The notes: generated by a model from the letters alone, not told the origin. 32,000 bases of DNA from Candidatus Nitrosopumilus koreensis AR1 (GCF_000299365.1 NC_018655.1:180001-212000); one strand, 5' to 3'; positions 1 through 8,916 are shown, numbered from the stretch's first letter. Numbers and translations: made by a program.

Positions 1-150
1 AACTCCAGCTGATCCTGAAAACAACAAGTGAGGCATATCTGTAGGATCTTTGATTAAAGCTTCTAAACTCCCAATAATTTCTGTTTGATTAACTATTTCG
101 GAAAGTTTCATTGGACGATATTTTTCTACCCACATCCCAGTTGCAGTCAT
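1..150 (-). CDS. rfcS: Replication factor C small subunit, N-terminal fragment (runs off window)
   Basis: Reverse complement from CAT at 148-150 translates to MTATGMWVEKYRPMKLSEIVNQTEIIGSLEALIKDPTDMPHLLFSGSAGV, matching the clamp-loader N-terminus (W-EKYRP...PHLLFSGxxGxG). Confidence 0.88.
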   Translation of the reverse strand, partial: MTATGMWVEKYRPMKLSEIVNQTEIIGSLEALIKDPTDMPHLLFSGSAGV

Positions 151-265
151 ATGAGTACATGGAAGCAATTCCCACTAATAAATCCGAATTGGTTATTATC
201 ATATCCCCTCGAATTAAAATCAAAATCACTCACAATACTATGTGCGATCAGGCTCAGGTTAATTT

Positions 266-279
266 AGATCAATTGATCT
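266..279. promoter_or_regulatory. 14-bp perfect palindrome in a GATC-rich intergenic region
   Basis: AGATCAATTGATCT between divergent rfcS and gins23. Confidence 0.45.
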
Positions 280-346
280 CACTAAATTGTAAAAAGATTT
301 GATCGATCCGAAACTTGAGGATCCTCGCGATGATCAGTGATCTCTA

Positions 347-865
347 ATGGAAATTGATAAAATAGAAAAAGTACACTCGATTGGATACCGCCTAAAGGAT
401 GCTAAATTCACTGTAAATCAGGACTTCAAGTTTGATGTTGCAGGTATGAAGATGGAAGGAAAACAGGGCGAAGTAAACAATATGCCTCAATGGGTGGGTA
501 AAATTTTGGCAGATAATAACTTGGGACTACTTGATTCACCTGATATGATTACTGAACTAAAACAAGCATTATCAAAAGAAAAAATGGTTGGAGAATATCA
601 AATATCTACACTTGAACCTCATTTTTACATTAAGCTAAAAGAATCAATGAAAGAATTGAATCGAGATGATTTTGACAAAGTTGAAAGTATGATGCTAGAA
701 TTGTTTAGGATGAGAAGAGGAAAATTAGTAAAGTTAGCTGACTCTATCAAATTAAACTCTGATTTGTACAACAAGCTAACTGTTGAGGAAGTAATTTTCT
801 ATAAAACCATATATGAAAACAGCATAGAGTTTGAAAATCAAATAAAGGGTGATAATAATGAGTAG
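347..865 (+). CDS. GINS complex subunit, Gins23-like (B domain then A domain)
   Basis: 172 aa; C-terminal helical A domain with FDKVESMMLELFRMRRGKLVKLA; overlaps the downstream mcm start. Confidence 0.75.
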   Translation: MEIDKIEKVHSIGYRLKDAKFTVNQDFKFDVAGMKMEGKQGEVNNMPQWVGKILADNNLGLLDSPDMITELKQALSKEKMVGEYQISTLEPHFYIKLKESMKELNRDDFDKVESMMLELFRMRRGKLVKLADSIKLNSDLYNKLTVEEVIFYKTIYENSIEFENQIKGDNNE

Positions 866-2945
866 TGCTCAAACTAGTACATATACTGATTCTGCTCTTT
901 CTGACAAGGTAAAAGAATTCTTAACTCGATTCAAAGATAACACTGGTGGGTACAAGTATGTACAGGCAATCGATGAGATGATGCCTAAGAATTCTAAATT
1001 CATTATTGTTGATTACAATGATTTGATTATTGAACCAGAAATCATATCTATATTTTCAGAAAATCCTGATAGAATATTTGATGCGTTCTCACGAGCAATC
1101 AAAGAAGCATTACAAACAAGATTTCCTGATTATGCTGAAAAAATTAAAGATGAAGTTCGTGTTAGACTAGTCAATTATCCTTCTGAAAGAAGTCTTAGAC
1201 AAATCAATGCTGAAACAATTGGTTCTATTACTAGTGTATCTGGGATGGTAGTAAGGGCTTCTGAAGTTAAACCTCTTGCAAAAGAGTTGATCTTTGTTTG
1301 TCCTGATGAGCATCAAACTAAAGTAGTTCAGATTAAAGGAATGGATGTTAAAGTTCCAATTGTATGTGATAATCCAAATTGTAAACAAAGAGATTTTGAG
1401 TTAAAACCTGAGGCAAGTAAATTCATTGATTTTCAGATTCTAAGACTGCAAGAACTTCCTGAAGATTTACCTCCTGGACAACTTCCTCACTATATTGATG
1501 TCACAATCAGGCAGGATTTGGTAGATAATGCTAGGCCTGGAGATAGAATTGTTCTTACAGGAGTAGTTCGTGTGGAACAAGAATCTGTTACTGGTGTAAC
1601 TCGTGGACATAGCGGATTGTATAGGTTAAGAATTGAGGGAAATAATATTGAATTCTTGGGTGGACGTGGTTCTAAAACCTCAAGAAAAATTGAAAGAGAA
1701 GAAATTTCTCCTGAAGAAGAAAAAATGATCAAAGCATTATCTGCAAGTCCTGATGTTTATCAAAGACTAATTGATTCATTTGCCCCTCATATTCAAGGAC
1801 AATCTTTAATCAAAGAAGCAATTTTGTTACTAATTGTAGGCTCTAATCAAAGATCATTAGGTGATGGCAGCAAAATTAGAGGAGACATTAACGTATTTCT
1901 TGTTGGTGATCCTGGTACTGCAAAAAGTGAGATGTTAAAATTCTGTTCTAGAATTGCACCACGTGGTTTGTATACTTCTGGTAGAGGTTCAACTGCTGCA
2001 GGACTTACAGCTGCAGTTGTAAGAGACAAAACCGGAATTATGATGTTGGAAGCTGGTGCAGTTGTTCTTGGTGATCAAGGGCTTGTAAGCATAGACGAAT
2101 TTGATAAGATGAAGCCTGAAGATAGAAGTGCACTACACGAAGTTATGGAACAGCAATCTGCAAGTATTGCAAAAGGTGGTATTGTTGCAACTCTAAATGC
2201 AAGAACATCTATTTTAGCTGCTGCAAACCCAATGTATGGAAAATATGATCCATTCAAAAACATCACAGAAAATGTAAACTTACCCATTCCTCTTTTGACA
2301 AGATTTGACTTGATCTTTGTTGTAAGGGATATCCCAACTAAAGAAAAAGATGAAAAGATTGCAAGGCACATAATAGAACTACATACTCCTCAAGGTACTG
2401 ACAAAAGATCTGTAGTAGATGTTGATTTGCTTACAAAATACCTTTCATATGCTAAACGTGGAACTCCTGATCTCACAAAGGAAGCAGAACAAAAAATTCT
2501 TGATTATTACCTCCAAATGAGAAATGTTGAATCTGAGGAAATGATTACAGTTACTCCTAGACAACTAGAGGGCATCATTAGACTCTCTACTGCTAGAGCA
2601 AGATTACTCATGAAAGACAAGGTTGAAGAAGAAGATGCTGAGCGTGCAATATTTCTGATTCAAAGTATGCTTCAAGATGCTGGTGTTGATGTAAATACCG
2701 GAAAGGTTGATCTTGGTGTCTTACAAGGAAAGCCTAGAAGTGAGGTATCGAAAATGCAACTATTCATGGATGTCTTAAAAGGTCTTGAAGGTGACAATAA
2801 AATTCCAGTTGAAGAAAGGGCTTTTGTCAAAGAACTTGAAAAGAGTGAAAAGTTCACTGAAGAAGAGGCGAGAAATTACATTAGAAGAATGCTTAGAGAA
2901 GCATCTATTTATGAATCAAAACCCGGTCACTATAACCGAGTATGA
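858..2945 (+). CDS. mcm: Replicative minichromosome maintenance helicase MCM
   Basis: Walker A GDPGTAKSEMLKF, Walker B SIDEFDKM, arginine finger LLTRFDLIF, N-terminal zinc-binding region (CPDEH...CDNPNC). Start is likely ATG 858 (overlaps gins23 by 8 nt); ORF is open from GTG 849. Confidence 0.97.
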   Translation: MSSAQTSTYTDSALSDKVKEFLTRFKDNTGGYKYVQAIDEMMPKNSKFIIVDYNDLIIEPEIISIFSENPDRIFDAFSRAIKEALQTRFPDYAEKIKDEVRVRLVNYPSERSLRQINAETIGSITSVSGMVVRASEVKPLAKELIFVCPDEHQTKVVQIKGMDVKVPIVCDNPNCKQRDFELKPEASKFIDFQILRLQELPEDLPPGQLPHYIDVTIRQDLVDNARPGDRIVLTGVVRVEQESVTGVTRGHSGLYRLRIEGNNIEFLGGRGSKTSRKIEREEISPEEEKMIKALSASPDVYQRLIDSFAPHIQGQSLIKEAILLLIVGSNQRSLGDGSKIRGDINVFLVGDPGTAKSEMLKFCSRIAPRGLYTSGRGSTAAGLTAAVVRDKTGIMMLEAGAVVLGDQGLVSIDEFDKMKPEDRSALHEVMEQQSASIAKGGIVATLNARTSILAAANPMYGKYDPFKNITENVNLPIPLLTRFDLIFVVRDIPTKEKDEKIARHIIELHTPQGTDKRSVVDVDLLTKYLSYAKRGTPDLTKEAEQKILDYYLQMRNVESEEMITVTPRQLEGIIRLSTARARLLMKDKVEEEDAERAIFLIQSMLQDAGVDVNTGKVDLGVLQGKPRSEVSKMQLFMDVLKGLEGDNKIPVEERAFVKELEKSEKFTEEEARNYIRRMLREASIYESKPGHYNRV

Positions 2946-3787
2946 AAATAGAAAAACTACAACTTCCAGAATCTGCAATTGAATTTTTAAAATCACAGGG
3001 TTTTGAAAAACTATATCCGCCACAGGCTGACAGCATAAAGTCTGGATTACTTGATGGTAAAAGCGTACTAGTATCTGCTCCTACTGCAAGTGGAAAAACA
3101 CTGATTGCAATGCTTGGAATGATGAGTTACCTTTCTAAAAATAAAGGTAAAGTAATCTATCTTAGCCCTTTGAGAGCATTAGCTGCTGAAAAACTTTCTG
3201 AATTTAAAAAATTGGAAAAAATTGCATTAGGAAATAAAATTAAAGTTGGGATTTCCACCGGCGATTTTGAAAATATCGAAAAAAATCTAGAAAAAAATAA
3301 TATTTTAATTTTAACTAATGAAAAAATGGATTCTATAATTAGACATGGTGCTGAATGGATTGATGAAATTGGTTTAGTGATTGCTGATGAGGTTCATCTA
3401 ATTGGTGATGAAAATAGAGGTCCTACATTAGAAATGATCCTAACACAACTAAAATTATTAGAAACAAAACCTCAGATTGTTGGTCTTAGTGCAACTATAA
3501 CAAATTCCGATGAGATTGCAAACTGGCTTGGATGTACTTTGGTGGAAAATGATTGGAGACCTGTCCCTCTCTCTGAAGGGGTTTGTGATGCTGGAGAAGT
3601 AACTATGGCTGACGGTACAACCTTTGAAGTTGAGCGCAGTATTAGGGGAACACCTATTGATTTAGGCGTACAATCCGTTAAAGATGGAGGACAATCACTA
3701 GTTTTTGCTGAAACTAGAACTCGTTCAAAATCTCTTGCAACAAAGGCATCTGATGCAATATCTCAAATCTTAGAAAAAAAGATATGA
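2942..3787 (+). CDS. Hel308/Ski2-like DNA helicase, N-terminal part of a split gene
   Basis: QxxxI motif PPQADSIKSG, Walker A APTASGKT, DEVH box IADEVHLIGD, SAT motif LSATI; ends inside RecA2 after SLVFAETRTRS. ATGA overlap with mcm (2942-2945). Confidence 0.9.
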   Translation: MKIEKLQLPESAIEFLKSQGFEKLYPPQADSIKSGLLDGKSVLVSAPTASGKTLIAMLGMMSYLSKNKGKVIYLSPLRALAAEKLSEFKKLEKIALGNKIKVGISTGDFENIEKNLEKNNILILTNEKMDSIIRHGAEWIDEIGLVIADEVHLIGDENRGPTLEMILTQLKLLETKPQIVGLSATITNSDEIANWLGCTLVENDWRPVPLSEGVCDAGEVTMADGTTFEVERSIRGTPIDLGVQSVKDGGQSLVFAETRTRSKSLATKASDAISQILEKKI

Positions 3788-5070
3788 ATCAGTTAGAAAA
3801 AACATCAAAGAAAATTCTATCTGAAAATGAACATACCGAATTGGTCAAGACATTGGCACTTTTAGTGAAAAAAGGAGTTGCATTTCACCATGCCGGACTA
3901 AATCAAAACTGTAGAGAAATAATAGAGACAGAATTTAGAAATGGAACTATCAAGTTGTTATCGTCAACTCCAACTTTAGCTGCAGGTGTTAACTTGCCTG
4001 CAAGAAGAGTTGTGATTTCTAATATTAACAGATACAATGCAAAAGTTGGTGCAAACAGACCAATTAGCGTTTTGGAATATAAGCAACTATGTGGAAGAGC
4101 AGGAAGACCTCAGTACGATGATTATGGAGAATCAATTATTGTTGGAAATGGTAATGCTGAAGATCTCATTGAGTATTACATTAATGGTGAACCTGAACCC
4201 ATTGAATCAAAAATTACTGATGATAAATCTCTGAGAACTCACGTACTCAGTGTTATTGTAACTCATCCTGGAATTAAAAAAGAAGAAATCTTAGAATTCT
4301 TTTTACAAACACTTGGTGGTATTCAATCCCGTAAACCTACTCTAAAGTTTGCGATTGATATTTCGTTACGTTTTCTTTCTAGCCAACATCTGGTTGTAAA
4401 GAAAGGTGAAAGATACGCTGCAACTGAATTTGGCAAAAAGACATCAATGCTTTACATCGATCCGCTTACTGCAACTTACTTTAGAGATGCAATTGAGAAT
4501 GTATCTAAAGAAAGAAAACACACATTTGGATTTTTACATTTAATTTCAAATTGTGAGGAATTTTTCCCAAAATTCTCACTTCGGCAAAAAGACTATGAAA
4601 CAGCCAGTCTTATGATAGAAAATAATTCTTCAGAATTGTTAGAACCAATTTCAGAATATGATTGCTCAAGAAGCCTTTTAGCTCTTCAGTTATGGATTAC
4701 TGAATCTACAGAACTAAACCTCTCAGATAGCCTTGGAATTGAGTCTGGTGATATGCACAGGATGACTGAAACTGGAAATTGGCTTTGTTACTGCCTAAGG
4801 GAGATTGCAAAACATGTGGAAAGGGCAGATTTACTTGAGGAATTAGGTGATTTAGGAAGAAGAATATCTTATGGAATCAAAGAAGAATTACTTGATCTAG
4901 TCAAGGTTAAAGGGATTGGAAGAGTTAGGGCAAGAATTCTATTCAAACATGGAATCAAGAATCTGGATGATTTGGAAAAAATTCCTGTGAATAAATTAGC
5001 AGAAATAGATAAAATTGGTTCAACCATTGCGGATAACATTAAGGCAGAGTTACGAAGGGTTAGATATTGA
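3784..5070 (+). CDS. Hel308/Ski2-like DNA helicase, C-terminal part of a split gene
   Basis: Continues RecA2: GVAFHHAGL, STPTLAAGVNLPARRVVI, QLCGRAGRPQYDDYG, then winged helix/ratchet and C-terminal HhH (VKGIGRVRARILFKHGI). In the -1 frame relative to 2942..3787. Confidence 0.9.
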   Translation: MNQLEKTSKKILSENEHTELVKTLALLVKKGVAFHHAGLNQNCREIIETEFRNGTIKLLSSTPTLAAGVNLPARRVVISNINRYNAKVGANRPISVLEYKQLCGRAGRPQYDDYGESIIVGNGNAEDLIEYYINGEPEPIESKITDDKSLRTHVLSVIVTHPGIKKEEILEFFLQTLGGIQSRKPTLKFAIDISLRFLSSQHLVVKKGERYAATEFGKKTSMLYIDPLTATYFRDAIENVSKERKHTFGFLHLISNCEEFFPKFSLRQKDYETASLMIENNSSELLEPISEYDCSRSLLALQLWITESTELNLSDSLGIESGDMHRMTETGNWLCYCLREIAKHVERADLLEELGDLGRRISYGIKEELLDLVKVKGIGRVRARILFKHGIKNLDDLEKIPVNKLAEIDKIGSTIADNIKAELRRVRY

Positions 5071-6059
5071 TTGATTTAGTGATTCCGGCAGTTGTATCAT
5101 GTCTCATTGCCTTTTTTGTTGTCTTTGTAACTATTCCTCCGTTAATCAAATTTCTAGAAAAAAGGAACATGGCAGTAAAAGACATGAACAAAAAAGAGGA
5201 GATCATGATTGTAAGGCCAGGCGGACCTTCAATCATTTTAGGAATAATTGTTTCAGAAATTATCTTATATGCATTTTTACAACTAAATGAAATCATTGCA
5301 ATTATTATTACAACGACTGCTGCATTTGCAATAGGATATGTTGATGATAGAAAAGTTATGGGTGGATGGTTCAAACCTGCAACACTTGCAATTGCAGCAA
5401 TTCCAATAATTGCATTTGGTGCATATGATTCTGATTTAGCATTCCCTTTATTTGGTGATGTACAAATTCCTGCATTATATCTTGGTTTGATAATCTTGAT
5501 GATTCCAATCACTGGAAACACAATTAACTCTATTGATGTTCTAAATGGTGTTGCAAGTGGATTTATGGTAATTGCAAGTTTTTCATTGTCAATCTGTTTG
5601 TTTATAGTACAAAACTATGAGATTGCAATTGTAAGTTTACCTTTAGGGTTTGTTTCATTAGCGTTTTACAAATATCACAAAATCCCAAGCAAAATTTTTC
5701 CAGGTGATTCGGGAGCCCTTACGCTTGGTGCTATGTATGGTTCTATTGCAATAGTTGGTGGTGTGGAAATAATTGCAGCAGTTGCATTACTCCCTGCAGT
5801 AATCAACTCCTTTTTGTTCCTATCCAGCGTAAAACGAATAGTGGAACACAGACAAATCAAAGGAAAACCTGTAGATCACACTGATGATTTCAAACTAAAA
5901 GCAACTGACGATAATACAGCCCCTGTTACTTTGGTGAGGTTGATTCTAGCAGGTGGGCCACTATCAGAAAAACAAGTAGGGTTTGCAATATTCAAACTTG
6001 CAGTATTTTCAGGAATTCTGGCAGTAATTACTGCATTTATGATGGGGGTGTCACTTTGA
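5067..6059 (+). CDS. Glycosyltransferase family 4, WecA/MraY-type UDP-sugar:polyprenyl-phosphate transferase
   Basis: 330 aa multi-TM protein; RPGGPSIILGI, AIGYVDDR, NSIDVLNG, FPGDSGALTLGA are characteristic motifs. TTG start overlaps preceding stop. Confidence 0.88.
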   Translation: MIDLVIPAVVSCLIAFFVVFVTIPPLIKFLEKRNMAVKDMNKKEEIMIVRPGGPSIILGIIVSEIILYAFLQLNEIIAIIITTTAAFAIGYVDDRKVMGGWFKPATLAIAAIPIIAFGAYDSDLAFPLFGDVQIPALYLGLIILMIPITGNTINSIDVLNGVASGFMVIASFSLSICLFIVQNYEIAIVSLPLGFVSLAFYKYHKIPSKIFPGDSGALTLGAMYGSIAIVGGVEIIAAVALLPAVINSFLFLSSVKRIVEHRQIKGKPVDHTDDFKLKATDDNTAPVTLVRLILAGGPLSEKQVGFAIFKLAVFSGILAVITAFMMGVSL

Positions 6060-6286
6060 AGGCTGGACTTTATGGATTCTTGTTTGCAATGTGGGTTTTG
6101 ATTCTCATTGGTGGTGGGATTATTGTTACTTTGTTAGGCCCAATAACTATTACAGGTTATGGTGATATGAACTGGTTTATTGCATCTGTAATCAAAGCAA
6201 TAATTGCAATTATTCTTGTGGTGATTTGGATTCTAGTTTTATCAAAGATGAAAAACTGGATATTTAGAAAAGAGATTAAGTCCTAA
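6056..6286 (+). CDS. Small two-TM membrane protein, DUF131/TIGR00304-like
   Basis: 76 aa, two hydrophobic helices, overlaps upstream stop by 4 nt. Confidence 0.55.
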   Translation: MKAGLYGFLFAMWVLILIGGGIIVTLLGPITITGYGDMNWFIASVIKAIIAIILVVIWILVLSKMKNWIFRKEIKS

Positions 6287-6759
6287 CTTTCTAACCATTC
6301 TTTTTGTTTTTTATCGTATTCTTCTCTAGTTTTTCTGATTGTAGCAGGTGATCCCATTACAACAACATTTTCTGGAACATCTCTAGTTACAACTGCTCCC
6401 ATCGCAACAACACTGTTTTTTCCAACAGTAACTCCAGCTTTGATCACTGCACGTGCTCCAATAATTGCCCCATCTTCAATTGTAACTCCAACCATCTTAT
6501 CACACATTGGGTAAGGATCGTTTGTTAAAACTGCAGATGGACCAATGAAAGCATTTTTTCCAATTATTGAAAGTGGTGGGATGTATGCTGACCCTTCAAT
6601 CTTTGTATTCTCTCCAATTTTTACATCATAATCAATATGAACAAGTGAACCGATCTTACAATTGTCTCCAATTTCTACATTGTCGCCAACATAAGTAAAA
6701 TGCCAAATCGATACATTCTCTCCAATTTTTGCTTTATCTGAAATAAAGTTTGTAACCAT
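6283..6759 (-). CDS. Left-handed beta-helix (hexapeptide) acyl/acetyltransferase
   Basis: Hexapeptide repeats: VGDNVEIGDNCKIGSLVHIDYDVKIGENTKIEG...; GARAVIKAGVTVGKNSVVAMGAVVTRDVPENVVVMGSPA. Confidence 0.88.
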   Translation of the reverse strand: MVTNFISDKAKIGENVSIWHFTYVGDNVEIGDNCKIGSLVHIDYDVKIGENTKIEGSAYIPPLSIIGKNAFIGPSAVLTNDPYPMCDKMVGVTIEDGAIIGARAVIKAGVTVGKNSVVAMGAVVTRDVPENVVVMGSPATIRKTREEYDKKQKEWLES

Positions 6760-6762
6760 TTT

Positions 6763-7032
6763 CTACAAATGCCATGGGTTTGCCTTTGTAATAATTTTTT
6801 CAGGTAGTTTATCCTTAAATTTTTTCAAAAAATCCATCTCCTGTTTTTTATCTCTAAGTTCATCAGGCAGCATGATTGGAATCTCTTCAATTATTGGGTA
6901 GAATCTAGAGCATTTTGAGCAAAACAAAGCACCTTCTGATACTATTTTGTCTTTTTCTTTTATTTCAAATAATTCTAAAGGATGACTTTTGTCAATTGGA
7001 CATGCCAATATATCCATCATGTTTTTGTTCAT
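6763..7032 (-). CDS. Trm112-like zinc-binding protein
   Basis: LACPIDKSHPLELFE...EGALFCSKCSRFYPIIEEIPIMLPDELRD. Confidence 0.8.
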   Translation of the reverse strand: MNKNMMDILACPIDKSHPLELFEIKEKDKIVSEGALFCSKCSRFYPIIEEIPIMLPDELRDKKQEMDFLKKFKDKLPEKIITKANPWHL

Positions 7033-7547
7033 TTTAGATCTAAGTATATTGGAACTCCTTTCTGACTAGATAAAAGTGCAGCTTCAGCAATTTTTGAAAC
7101 ATTAACTGCTTGCTGTGCTTTCACAATATGTTCACTTTTACCTTTAATTGCATTAAGAAAACTTTGAATTTCTCTTAACAATGGTTCTTGTTTTTCATTG
7201 TCTATGATTTCAACATCCTCTTGTTTTTCTACTTTAATTTCTTGTGTAATAAAATCCGATGATATTCTTGCATCATTACAAATTGCATGAAACTTTCTAA
7301 TTCTTTTTGGTGTAATCCAATTTGATGTGATGATTGCAACTTTGTTATCTCTGTATCCTAACATAATTGTTGCAAAATCCTCATGCTCATGTTTTATTTG
7401 TCCTGATCTTGCAAATACCACATTTGGCATTTCATCAAATAACCAGTTTGCAGTATCAATATCGTGAACTGATGTGTCATAGATTATCCCGACATCTTTT
7501 ATGTGAAGTGGCATTCTATTTTCACGGTGAAATTCAAGCATAATCAA
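7029..7547 (-). pseudogene. Gfo/Idh/MocA family oxidoreductase, C-terminal part of frameshifted gene
   Basis: MLEFHRENRMPLHIKDVGIIYDTSVHDIDTANWLFDE is the typical C-terminal domain; continues in frame after a -1 shift at the A7 run (plus-strand T7, 7557-7563). Confidence 0.85.
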
Positions 7548-7963
7548 ATCGCCATATTTTTTTCTTTAACCATACTTTTTACAACATCCACTGCTGGATT
7601 AAATCTCTCTATGTATCCACATGTCAGAATTACTTTATTTTTTTCTGCAATCTTTGCAAGCTCTTCGCCTTCTTCTGTTTTGTATGTAAGAGGTTTCTCA
7701 ACAAAAACATGTTTTTTTGCTTCAAGCAATTTTTTTGCAATGGTTGCATGAGTAGATGTTGGTGTTACTACAAACGCCCCTTCAAATTCTTCAGAATTTA
7801 ACATGTCCTCAAATGACGTATAGTGATTGACATGATATTTTTCTCCAAACTCTTTACTACGTTGCTCATTGGTATCACAAATTGCGCATAGTACTCCTAG
7901 TTCTGATAAAACTCTGGCATGATTTTTACCCCATCCACCTGTACCAATTTGTACAATTTTCAT
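7544..7963 (-). pseudogene. Gfo/Idh/MocA family oxidoreductase, N-terminal Rossmann part of frameshifted gene
   Basis: GTGGWGKNHARVLSELG nucleotide-binding motif; ADH-like EKPLTYKTEEGEEL catalytic Lys motif; ends prematurely in KEKNMAI*. Confidence 0.85.
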
Positions 7964-8882
7964 TTAATACACCGCAGTCAACCAATGAGAATAGTCATCA
8001 TTTTTGTTCATTACTATGTCTGTATATTCATCCATCATCTTCTTTGTAATGTCTCCTGATTTGCCATTGCTAATTTTCTTTCCATCAAGCGAAATTATGG
8101 GTGTGATTTCAGCTGCAGTTCCTGTCAAAAACACTTCATCAGACATTACAAGTTCACTTCTTGTAATGTCTCTTTCAACTACCTCAATGTCTAAATCTCT
8201 TGCAATTTTGATTACTGCATCACGTGTAATTCCTTCTAACGCTGATGATGCTAGTGATGGTGTTGCCATCTGACCGTCTCTTACAATAAAGATATTTTCT
8301 CCAGGTGCTTCACTGATATTTCCATTATGATCCAGTAAAATTGCTTCATCCACACCATTTCTTTTTGCTTCTTGTGTTGCAATGATGGAATTTAGATAAT
8401 TTCCCCCCATCTTTGCTTGAGGTGGGGTCGATATGTCTGAGAACTTTCTCCATGAAACAATTCCTGCTGAAATGCCATTTTTGTTAAATAAATCTCCAAA
8501 AGGAAATGTGAAAATTGCTACGTTTGTTGGCGCTTTTTTCAGTTACGTGAAGATTAATTCCATAATCTCCCACAAAATAAAACGGCCTAATGTAACACGA
8601 TTTTTTGAGTTTATTTTTTTTACAAATTCCTGTTATGGCATTACTAATTTCTTTATCTGAGAAATTTAATGAAATATTATAGAATTGTCCTGATCTTCTA
8701 AATCGTTTTACATGTTCATCCAATCTAAACACATGGAGATTCTTTCTATTCCAATATGCTCTAATCCCTTCAAACACTGATGTACCATAATGTATTGCAT
8801 GTGTAGTGATTGGAACTTGTGCTTTTTCTGTTAAAACATATTTTCCGTCAAACCAAACATATTTTGAAAGTGGAAGTTTCAT
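7964..8882 (-). pseudogene. ilvE: Branched-chain amino acid aminotransferase, one gene interrupted by a frameshift
   Basis: N-terminal piece 8484..8882 (VWFDGKYVLTEKAQVPITTHAIHYGTSVFEGIRAY) and C-terminal piece 7964..8410 (MGGNYLNSIIATQEAKRNGVDEAILLDHNGNISEAPGENIF). Removing one A from the A6 run at 8534-8539 (T6 on plus) restores EKAPTNVAIFTFPFGDLFNKNGISAGIVSWRKFSDISTPPQAKMGGNYLNS. Confidence 0.9.
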
Positions 8883-8916
8883 AGAAAATTTTTACATTTA
8901 GTGTATTAATCTCTAT

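Noticed and set aside
3279-3297. Two further A7 runs inside the Hel308 gene as possible slip sites
   Set aside because: Both read GAA AAA AAT in the correct frame (IEKNLEKNN) and the protein continues normally, so no shift is needed.
5060-5521. 153-aa minus ORF opposite the WecA/MraY-like gene
   Set aside because: Entirely antisense to a well-supported gene; no recognisable motifs.
7503-7751. 82-aa plus ORF within the MocA-family gene
   Set aside because: Antisense to coding sequence and spans the suspected base-call error; no motif support.
8433-8660. 75-aa plus ORF MSENFLHETIPAEM...
   Set aside because: Antisense to ilvE across the frameshift region; the gap it partly fills is explained by the restored ilvE reading frame.
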